Origin: Tubiluchus corallicola
Taxonomy: Eukaryota; Animalia; Priapulida
DNA: 64,000 nt
Direction: 5' to 3'
Assembly (NCBI GenBank): GCA_030141605.1
Contig: JAQGDQ010000721.1
Location: 43,692 to 107,691, forward strand
This document shows positions 40,801-52,800 of the stretch, one piece after another. Positions within the stretch are counted from its first letter, which is position 1. The number at the start of each line of letters is the position of its first letter. Made by a program: the position numbers and the translations under genes. Under the pieces are notes generated by a model. That model made no database searches, was not told the origin of the DNA, and saw only the letters and a list, made by a program, of their open reading frames with translations.

Positions 40801-43800
40801 TTTCAACTGTTATTGCGAGATTTTCTACTATCAGTAAAAAGTTTAAATAGCTGTTTGTTTTCTTTTCAGGAAATGTATATTTGTTGATGCAATGAAATAC
40901 ATAGCATTAAATCAACTTGCTATCAAGGCTGCATTAATTGTGATACTCACCATATTAGCTGTACAAACTTTAGTAAGTGGCTTTTTAACGTTATTTTAAC
41001 TTCAGAAAAGTGGACAGTACTTTGCATATAAAGACTTTTTTCTTTTATTAGTATCATCACTTACTCATAGTACAATAAGTAAGACAAATACGAGTAATGG
41101 AACAGGGTTAGTTCTTCAAGTTAACACCAGAACTCAATGCCGGCTCTATCTCTAGGCAAACTAGGCACTTGCTTTCCTTATGTACACAATACTAATTAAT
41201 TGAAAGGACACTTTTCTTGTCGAAATGTGTACTTCATAGATGGCAGCATATGTCTTACCGTAGCAAAACACTTTGCCTATTTCTGGTTTTCATAGATGGC
41301 AGCACATGTCTTACCGTAGCAAAACACTTTGCCTTTTTCTGGTTTTCAGAGATTACGTCATTTCGCACAGGCATTACTTAATGATATTAAAGACTCATTG
41401 CTCTGCTTTCGGCTCCAGTTTCTATTATGAGTTTTAAAAAAACAAATTTTACAATAGTAGTTATCTAACTTTGGTCTGATATATCTAACTCATATAAACC
41501 GAATAGAGGAAATGAAAGGTAAAAAAGCTGGTGAGTCATACAGAATGCAGTGGTGTCATAAATTCAATTTCAAATTCGATCAGCACAAGTTATAGAAGGT
41601 AATTAACTCGGGGATGAGAATTTTCCTCGGAATTCCGAGTTTTTGGAAGACCAGTAGTGCCATTTTTGTAAATCGCATAAATTCGTTGAGAAAATTTTAC
41701 GGATACAGTACATTATTTCACAAGCTGACCGCTTGTTGGCAGGCCGTCACTTTGTTTACATCACGTACATCAGTGTAACCACGTGTAGATCTCTATGTAT
41801 AAAAATATAGAATCAATTGTGCAGAGTTATTTGAGGCAATTGCAGACAGTTTTTATACACTTTTGCATAGGAGCGGCCAGTACTTAGGCGTTTTTGAGAC
41901 AATCAGGTATCATGTATCCTTGATAGTTGGGTATTTTAAATTATGCACGAAACAAGGTAACTGATATTTTAAGTCTACTGAGAGGCTCTCTATGGTCACA
42001 AAATTGCAATTTGTTACTGGCTCCAAGGGGGCTTTGCCTCTTAACCCCATTGGGGGGCTTAGGCGGCCCCAAAACCCCCGGCCTGTTTCAGAGTTTTTTG
42101 CAATTTGTTGTTCTCATCTCTGAATTAACTACACTTAGTCAGTGCACTATATACATGTATAAGCCTAACACACAGGTACCATCACACTTTGTTATAATAT
42201 TATACGAGAAAAATTTAACATTGAGGGTGTGGTTCGGACTGTGGGGGGAAGGGGTTGACCATTGAGGAGGGGGGTGCTAAAAATACTTTTTGCCTAGAAC
42301 GTGAAACTACCTAGAGCTGCCCCTGACAGAACTGCAGTGCCGCTCTGTCGATGTGAAGAAATTTCACTGGATTAACAGAATTCAAACACCCAGAAACTTT
42401 CTTTCATATTGTTTGCACACAAGTGTTAACACAGTCGAATGTGCACTGCCCCTTACCATTCGAGCATTCCCTAAATCTGCTTGACAACTTTGGCTACTTA
42501 GCCACATTAGTAAGATTCATAATCATTATATGTGCTTGATGCAGTTTTGAATTGTGTTTAATTCATTATGCAATAATTTATATCTATGAAGGGAATTAAT
42601 ATGGTGTTTTATGATTTTATTAATTTCAATTCTAAAATCGTTTTGTAACTCGAAGTTTGTTTTGTTTTGTAGGTTTTATCATTTTTCTATCGACACATAT
42701 TGTCTATAGGGCTTGTTTGTATTGGACTGTGGCCATTGGTCTCTTATTCTCAAGAACAATATCTGGTAATTTTTCATAATTTAAAGGAAACCGGCTGATT
42801 GATTAGACTCAATCTGATTTTAATTTTAATTTACTGTCCGGAAAATACATTTTGTTGCCTATAAAAGTTTGCATTTGTTTGTAATATTTAAATAATTACC
42901 TTGGAAAGTTAATTAATGGCAACCGAACACAGCTATTGCTTACATCACAAACTAACCACAGTTTGTGCAATGATAGATATCTTCCCTGAGCGTCAAGCAG
43001 GTTTGCATAAGTGAAGGTTTCTATAAGATGCTGAAATGATGTCACAAAAATGAGCTCTACGTTACACTGACATCACAGACGAACACTGCAGTTCCTGATC
43101 ATGCTTATCACTGTACTGCACCTATTTATCGGTCACACAAATTTGACAAAAAGGCACCATTGCCAGTCTTAGTAGATTTGCTAAAATTTGAAATTTTAAC
43201 CAAATTTAAGTATCCAAGGTAATTATTATTCAATCCCTAAGTTTGATTTCAAAAAAACCTGTTCTAGTTTTGAATATTTTTAGAGAGCATACTTCATTTT
43301 GAATTAATGTCTACTCGATCATCCGGTTTTCCTCTAAACACTTCATAATTTAAAAAGAAATACCAGAAGTCATTATGAAATTTGTATTTATATAATTGTA
43401 TTTGTATTTGTATTTATTTCTTCAACACAAAAATACAATTACAGTGTAAATATAAATTAACAGACTGTTGAATTGAATACGCGGAATTCCGAGTTTTTGG
43501 AAGACCAGTAGTATCATTTTTGTAAATCGCATAAATTCGTTGAGAAAATTTTTACAGACCCGGTACATTGTTTCACAAGCTGACCGCTAGTTGGCAGGCC
43601 GTCACTTTGTTTACATCACGTACATCAGTGTAACCACGTGTATATCTCTATGTATAAAAATATAGAATCAATTGTGTAGAGTTATTTGAGTCAATTACAG
43701 ACAGTTTTTATATACTTTTGCATAGGAGCGGCCAGTACTTAGGCGTTTTTGAGACAATTAGGTATCATGTATCCTTGATAGTTGGGTATTTTAAATTATG

Positions 43801-46800
43801 CATGAAACAAGGTAACTGATATTTTAATTCCACTTAGAGGCTCTCTATGGTCACAAAATTGCAATTTGTTGCTGGCTCCAAGGCGGCTTTGCCCCCCTTG
43901 AACCCCCATGGGAGGCCTACACTGCCCCTAAACCCCCAGCCCGTTTCAGAGTTTTTTCCAATTTGTCATTCTCATCCCTGCCTGATACGTCTGAAATGGT
44001 TTGATATGTCGTATTGCTGATTGTTCTGGTTTATTTTGTAGAAGATCGTGTTGGGTTGGACTGTGTCTTGTCTAGTCACTGCAGTATTTCCATTGCTGCC
44101 TGTCGTAGGAAGAGATTCTAACTTTGTTTTCGTGTAAGTGTTTCACGTGTTTTAACACCAGTGTCAGTTTAACACTGTTATCTAAGTATGTAATTTATTT
44201 TACAACGGTGCATGGCCTGTCTGTACTGATGTTGAGACGAATTATTTATGGAGTTTACATGAAGCCGTGCAGATTGAATCCGTATGCAAAAGCTCTATCG
44301 TTTGCTATTGTGAGAAAATATGTATCACCTAATTAACAATGAGTCAACTTCGGAACAGGCTAACCCTATTGCGCAAGGTGTCAAACAAATTAGCTTAACA
44401 CTACTTTAGGCAATCAGAATATTCATTATGGTAAATTCGCACTAATAATTTTGCTCCATGTTACTCAAAATGCTGCAAAACTGCCAAAACACTTTAAATC
44501 ACCATGTTATTGGTTTCCATGGTTATGAGCTGAATGTATGTCCGGCACACATGTGACACAGATAGTTTTTGATCTATTATTTAATTATCAGAAATGCTTT
44601 TGCAGTATTAATTGTGTTAAAATGTATACTTACTATCCTTACTATACTTACTATGTATACGGACTTGAAAATAGGGTAGGATATCAAAAATCATCCTGTT
44701 TTTCTTTAATGTTTTCTGTAAGATGCTACAGAAATGTCTTAATTCATTCAACATTTATATATAAAGCTTGATGTTGTTCTTTAATATAATTTTGTTCTTT
44801 TTAGAGTTCTTACAGGAGTAATCTCTGTTATCCTGACTGCATACGTTACAACTAGGTAAACCATTTCTCTTATATGGTATATAATGTCTGATTTATAAAC
44901 AAATAAGAAATAGCCCAGTCTGTTAAGGCCAAATTTTGATGAAACGGGGCTGACTGGATACAGCTGCCGAACTTTCAGGAATGATTCTTTAGGTCAGTGT
45001 AACAGAGTTTTGGACATTTTTATAAGATTTTGCATTCTGTCCCGCTGTCCCCCCGGACAATAAAGGGTCAAGAAAGGGTCCTGAATTTTGAAGGCTTCAC
45101 AGATAGATGCTTGACCATCTTTTGGAGACGAATAGGAGCTTATATGTGGGTTTTCATTTGGTGGTATGATTAGTAGTGACCTTGGAACACGCGGAAACAC
45201 TTTGTGTATGCATTTGGGTGCTGGTTTGTTTTTTTTCTAAACAAATGAAAACACTTTGTGCATGCATTTGGGTGCTGGTTTGTTTTTTTTCTAAACAAAA
45301 TGAAAACACTTTGTGTATGCATTTGGGTGCTGGTTTGTTTTTTTTCTAAACAAATGAAAACACTTTGTGCATGCATTTGGGTGCTGGTTTGTTTTTTTTC
45401 TAAACAAAATGAAAACACTTTGTGTATGCATTTGGGTGCTGGTTTGTTTTTTTTCTAAACAAAATGAAAAAACTTTGTGTATGCATTTGGGTGCTGGTTT
45501 GTTTTTTTCTAAACAAATGAAAACACTTTGTGTATGCATTTGGGTGCTGGTTTGTTTTTTTTCTAAACAAAATGAAAAAACTTTGTGTATGCATTTGGGT
45601 GCTGGTTTGTTTTTTTCTAAACAAATGAAAACACTTTGTGCATGCATTTGGGTGCTGGTTTGTTTTTTTTCTAAACAAAATGAAAAAACTTTGTGTATGC
45701 ATTTGGGTGCTGGTTTGTTTTTTTTCTAAACAAAATGAAAAAACTTTGTGTATGCATTTGGGTGCTGGTTTGTTTTTTTTCTAAACAAAATGAAGAAACT
45801 TTGTGTATGCATTTGGGTGCTGGTTTGTTTTTTTTCTAAACAAAATGAAGAAACTTTGTGTATGCATTTGGGTGCTGGTTTGTTTTTTTCTAAACAAAAT
45901 GAAAAAACTTTGTGTATGCATTTGGGTGCTGGTTTGTTTTTTTCTAAACAAATGAAAACACTTTGTGTATGCATTTGGGTGCTGGTTTGTTTTTTTTCTA
46001 AACAAAATGAAAAAACTTTGTGTATGCATTTGGGTGCTGGTTGGGTTGGTTTTTTCTAAACAAAATGAAAAAACTTTGTGTATGCATTTGGGTGCTGGTT
46101 TGTTTTTTTTCTAAACAAAATGAAGAAACTTTGTGTATGCATTTGGGTGCTGGTTTGTTTTTTTTCTAAACAAAATGAAGAAACTTTGTGTATGCATTTG
46201 GGTGCTGGTTTGTTTTTTTCTAAACAAAATGAAAAAACTTTGTGTATGCATTTGGGTGCTGGTTGGTTTTTTTCTAAACAAAATGAAAAAACTTTGTGTA
46301 TGCATTTGGGTGCTGGTTGGTTTTTTTCTAAACAAAATGAAAAAACTTTGTGTATGCATTTGGGTGCTGGTTTGTTTTTTTCTAAACAAAATGAAAAAAC
46401 TTTGTGTATGCATTTGGGTGCTGGTTGGTTTTTTCTAAACAAAATGAAAAAACTTTGTGTATGCATTTGGGTGCTGGTTGGTTTTTTCTAAACAAATGAA
46501 AAAACTTTGTGTATGCATTTGGGTGCTGGTTTGTTTTTTGGCTGAATTTCATTTTCTTAACCTCCAAGTTGCATTAGTGAAATTGTCTTTAAAACTGTTT
46601 CAGGGTCACGGCATCGGTCATTACTGGAAATGAGCGAAGGAAGGTGCTAGTTCTCAATGTAATCCAGGTAATAAAATGTGATCACATGAGTAATAGCTTA
46701 TTAATACAGATGTAACAGATGCAAGAAATTTTCTTCGATGGAGGAATGAAGCCTTTCCACAGTTTCATTGTATGCATGAGCAGTTGCTATAGGTCAGAGG

Positions 46801-49800
46801 TTAAGTTTAATGCAATGCAACTTAACTGCAACCGTCACATGACGTGTGTAAAGCAAAACCATCAGCGGCAACAGTTCAGTAACTTCAGTTGTTTTATGTG
46901 GACTTTGCTTAATTATGCATTTGTCTGTGCATAGAGTGATTTTTATTTTTTTATGAATGTTGTTTTATGTACTAATAGGTGTGTATAAACTAAACTAAAC
47001 CAAAACTATAACAAAGTCTGTCGTTTTTACAAACTTTCTTATCCGTACATTTTATCCAGAAAAGTAACTTTATTGGGAAGCATTATATTTTAATTTATAA
47101 TTATAATAAATGTGAGAATGTTGAATTTAGGCATTGCTTATTGTGGTTGCAACAATTGTTGTTTGGTCAACATCACGAAGTTTGAAAAATAAACAAGGAT
47201 TACCGCCTATCAACAGCATCATTAGTTGGTCAATTTTAGGTGAGTTTCGCAATGATATTGTGTTAATCATGTATTATATGTTTGCAAATGTTCTTTTCAA
47301 GTTTCTTACATGTTTTTCATTAAAGGAAAGAACAAGTCACTCAGTATGTTATGTTTATTTTACTGTTATCACTTAAACTTAAAAACTTATAACAAAGAAA
47401 TTTGCAAAGAACTGCCTATAAAGCATAAATTTAAAACATACTAGTTCTGAATAGAAATTCTCAGATGTGGTGGTTGCCGCCATTCACTTGAAAATTATGA
47501 CGTAACTGGGAGACTTCGTGAATTTTCATAAGCGCGTCGAGACTTTCCGTAAGCGCTCGCTGGTTAAATTAATTCAAACTTCTGTAGCTTGCCTAATGTT
47601 TATACAAAAATGGTACGAAATCAGCTATCTGATGCTTTTATAAAAATTTATTACACTTTTGACAAAAATTGACAGTGCGCTACTTTTCTTCAAGACGAAT
47701 GACGTCATTGGAAGAAGAATGGGTATTGGAAATTTGAGCGTCCTAGCCTGAAGTGATCGTAACTTTAAACTGACTTTACTATAGTTACGTGAGGCGCTTA
47801 TTGCAGTTTCATTACTAAATCCTAATATTTTTCGCGAACATTGAAATAAGCCTAACCTCCTAGAAGCGTTGACTTTTCCTTTAACGTTTTTTTCATATCA
47901 CTTCGCTGTTTGTTTTCATTTTGTAGGTAGTTCAGTCTTATTTCCTTTCTTAAGTTCTACAAAGGTTGTGCTAAGATTATTCACGGTTTTATTGTCACTG
48001 CTCATGGTTTACATACTTCTCAGTACCAGGTATGTTGATGTTTTGCAGTTTTTTTTATGTCATTTTCACAATTTCTGTCAACATTTAATGTTCATGTGTC
48101 ACAATTCACGGTCATGGGTCACAGGTCATGGTTCACGGGTCATGGTTTACGGGTCATGGTTCACGGATCATGGTTTACGGTCATGGTTCACATGTCACGA
48201 TCACGGGTCATGGTTCACGGTTCACAGGTCATGATTCACGCAACATGGTTCACAGGTAATGGTTCACGGGTCATGGTTCACAGGCCATGGTTCACGGGTC
48301 ACGATCACGGGTCATGGTTCACGTGTCATGTTTTACGGGTCATTGTTCACGGGTCATGGTTCACAGTTCACAGGTCATGTTTCACGGGTCATGGTTCACG
48401 GGTCATGGTTCATGGGTCATGGTTCACAGGTCACAATTCATTGGTCGTGGTTCACGGGTCATGGGTCACAGGTCATGATTCACATGTCACAATTCACGGG
48501 TCATGATTCACATGTCATGATCACGGGTCATGGTTCACAGGTCATGATTCACGGGTCATAGTTCATGGGTCATGGTTCACAGGTCATGGTTCAGGTCATA
48601 GTTCATAAGTCATGGTTCACGGGTCACAATTCATGGGTTGTGGTTGACGGGTCGTGGTTCACGGGTCATGATTCACAGTCATGGTTCACATGTCACGATC
48701 ACGGGTCATGGTTCACGGGTCAAGTGTCAAGGTTTGTTTGACTCACAAGTTATGTTTTGTATGTGGCTAACCTTAATCCTAATCCTAATCTGCTTCACAA
48801 ACTAATTTCTTGTATGTGGGAATTGTAAACTTTAGCCAAAAATGATAGTTTTACCATATTTGTTATTGATAGATGCATTTTTTAGTTATGAAGGACTATT
48901 CTGCTTATCCTTGTGCTGTCTGCTCTGCTGCTGGCTACTCATAGAGCATCGCATCAGCGACACACGTTTTACTCAAGTAAGAAACTTATTCCAATTGTAT
49001 CTTGTATTCCATTGAATTTTTGAATTTTTTATATTTTATTCTTGAATTAGGTTAAAACAAAACCGGACCCAATCTTAAACAATAGGTCACAATAATCTAC
49101 TCTTCAGAATATTGAAGGGGAACGTAGTATTTTTTCAAAAATGACCTACGTGAAAGAATTATTACCACACAGATAGCAGATAGCTAAGTGTTTGAAAATA
49201 AAGTTAATAGAATTGAACTACTTTGCACATTAAGAGAAGGCTTTTTAGTTTACATATATAAACTGGTTGTTATTTGTATAGTATACCACTGATGATGACA
49301 GCTGATTGCTGTTGAAACTTTTGACGTGTTTTTTAAACTGTTGTAAATTAAGGTTTTTAACAAAAATTGTGTCGTTTTAATAATAATATTCTTTGAAGTG
49401 CCTGTGTAAATTGACTTAGTAGTTTTTTTTTGTTTTCAGTTGACAAGTGTTGATTTTAAACCGAAGAAAAGATACACAATGGAAAACTTGAACAGGTATT
49501 TATGCCTGTCTGATGTGAGATGCAGCTGTTTTTATCTTTTCTTCATCACTCTTGCTTTCTTTGGTACAGGAAACATTGCTAGCCTAAACAGGTAAGCTAC
49601 AATAATGTCTAATAGCACTTATAATCGATAATGCGTGAACATCCTACATAGTGTTGACTTATAATGCACGGCCAGCAGCAGCTTTTACTGACGTAAAATT
49701 AACAGTCAGAGTACAATGGATGACGTCAGAACAATGGCTTCGCGTTAGCAGTTTTATAAGCGGTAATCTTCCGAAATGGAACCTCCAATCAACTCATCGC

Positions 49801-52800
49801 CACTCTTCTTGATGGAGGAGACTCGAAAAAACCGTACATCCAAAGAGCTATATATCCACTTCCAGGAGTCCCACCAGGCGCAACTAGAATGTTTTTTCTA
49901 CAAGCTGTTCACTCAAAATTTTGGAAAAATCTGGAATTGAGTCCGGGAAAACACCCATTATGGGATGCCGTCGCCGAGTACGGGAAAACACGCATTACGG
50001 GACGCCGTCGCCGAGTACGGGAAAACACCCGTTACGGGATGCCGTCGCCGAGTACGGGAAAACACCCATTATGCGACGCCGTTGCCGAGTACGGGAAAAC
50101 ACCCGTTACGGGATGCCGTCGCCGAGTATGGGAAAACGCCCATTACGGGATGCCGTCGCCGAGTACGGGAAAACGCCCATTACGCGACGCCGTTGCCGAG
50201 TACGGGAAAACACCCGTTACGGGATGCCGTCGCCGAGTATGGGAAAACGCCCATTACGCGACGCCGTTGCCGAGTACGGGAAAACACCCGTTACGGGATG
50301 CCGTCGCCGAGTACGGGAAAACACGCATTACGGGACGCCATCACCGAGTACGGGAAAACACCCGTTACGGGATGCCGTCGCCGAGTACGGGAAAACACGC
50401 ATTACGGGACGCCGTCGCCGAGTACGGGAAAACACCCGTTACGGGATGCCGTCGCCGAGTACGGGAAAACACCCATTACGCGACGCCGTTGCCGAGTACG
50501 GGAAAACACCCGTTACGGGATGCCGTCGCCGAGTATGGGAAAACACCCATTACGGGACGCCGTTGCCCTCATGTAGAAGCTAGATATGGTTCTGAAATCT
50601 TCTAGTTATTCACATATCCTGAATCACCATTTCATGAGGATCATTTTGATACCAAGTTCATCACTCTAAGTTATTTCTAAGTTGAGATAATCCACATTGA
50701 AGTTGAGGTGCAGGCTGTGCACTGAAAAACATAATCTTGAGAAAATCGCTGTTAGCCATTGTTTTTTGTCGCGTCTCTACAAAACACTTAACATTACAAG
50801 AACACATTGCAGTTATGTTTAAATCCAGTAGATGGCTCTTTCTGACGAATATCTGGCTTGGCAGCAGAAAAACCGAAGCAAAATAACTACTTCCAGTAAC
50901 TACTATCAGAGTTTGAAAATACAATTTTTTTATAATACCATGACTAGTTTCTAGCCAGAAAAGTGGTTAGGGGGTTAGATTTTTAACATGTTTTAAACAT
51001 TTTCTTGATAATTTGATGCCAAAATACAAAAGTCCAATTATTTAGTCAACATTTGACCCAATTTTTGGTGTATTCTACTTTGAAGCGTCATAACGTAATT
51101 TTCAGTATGCCAACTTATGGACGGTTGAAAGATTATAGATTATAACCTATTATAACCTATTATAGATTAGTCAAGAGAAACTATTTGTATCATAAGAGTA
51201 TATTCATACTTTGTCTGTACATCAATTTATCGTTTAAGATCGTGATTCCTATTCATAATGTACTGTGTATTTATTTACAGTTTTGATCCTGCATCTGTTT
51301 ATGTGATTCCTATTCATAATGTACTGTGTATTTATTTACAGTTTTGATCCTGCATCTGTTTACTGTTTTCTTACCGTCTTCAGTCCATTCACAATGGGAG
51401 CTTTGATGATGCTGAAGGTATGTAAAACTGACATATTGGTTAATGCTACTTTGGACACTGACATATTGGTTAATGCTACTTTGGACATCATTATTTTATT
51501 TCCTCTGGTGTCAATGTTCTTTGTGAAGTTTAATTTTCCCAGCAGTGACACTCATAATGGTGTGTAAATAGTTAGTTTAGAATTCTGCCTGCCCAATGTC
51601 CACAATACACAACAGCCTGCCCAATGTCCACAACACACATAACAACCTCCCCAATGTCCACAACAGACATAACAGCCCACCCCCCAATGTCCACAACAGA
51701 TGTAAACAGGTTGCCCAATGTCCACAACAGATGTAAACAGGCTGCCCAATGTCCACAACACACATAACAGCCTGCCCAATGTCCACAATACACATAACAG
51801 CCTTCTCAATGTCCACAACAGATGTAAACAGGCTGCCCAATGTCCACAACACACATAACAGGCTGCCCAATGTCCACAACAGACGTAACAGCCTGCCCAA
51901 TGTCCACAACAGATGTAAACAGGCTGCCCAATGTCCACAACAGATGTAAATGGGCTGCCCAATGTCCACAATATGCATAACAGCCTCCCCAATGTCCACA
52001 ACACACATAACAGCCTGCCCAATGTCCACAACACACATAACAGCCTGCCCAATGTCCACAACAGATGTAAACAGGCTGCCCAATGTCCACAACAGATGTA
52101 ACGGGCTGCCCAATGTCCACAACACACATAACAGCCTGCCCAATGTCCACAACACACATAACAGCCTGCCCAATGTCCACAACAGATGCAAACAGGCTGC
52201 CCAATGTCCACAACAGATGTAACGGGCTGCCCAATGTCCACAACAGACATAACAGCCTGCCCAATGTCCACAACAGATGTAAACAGGCTGCCCAATGTCC
52301 ACAACAGATGTAACGGGCTGCCCAATGTCCACAACAGACATAACAGCCTCCCCAAGGTCCACAACAGATGTAACGGACATAATCACGATGATATTCTGAC
52401 CGAAGTTTTTAATGTCTCGTTGAGGACTAGTATATTTGTTCATAAGTTGAGTACTAGTATATTTGTTCATAATTTGATAATTTGCTATACCACTTCACTA
52501 ACAATACCGTTTGTATTTTTATACTTGTGACAAAGAACATTGTATAATAAATATTTTGTAGTTTAAATTTGAGTTTATTTAGGTTGTAATACCATTCATA
52601 ATGGTGAGCTGTGTATTTCATGCCATCCATGTCACAACTAAAGTACCAACAACTAGTCTCTTCTTATTGGTTCTCATTATGTCAGACTTCATGGGATTGG
52701 TGAGTTTATAGTAAAGTAATGTCTCTTCTTATTGGTTCTCATTATATCAGACTTCATGGGATTGGTGAGTCTATAGTAAAGTAATGTCTCTTCTTATTGG

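Noticed and set aside
45170-46567. Many overlapping 60-140-aa ORFs on both strands
   Set aside because: Artefacts of the 54-55-bp minisatellite.
49889-50605. 200+ aa ORFs in three frames
   Set aside because: Product of the 37-bp tandem repeat.
51586-52380. Constant block plus variable segment resembling a CRISPR array
   Set aside because: The variable parts are only two or three related 14-15-bp variants, there are no cas genes, and the context is a eukaryotic intron.
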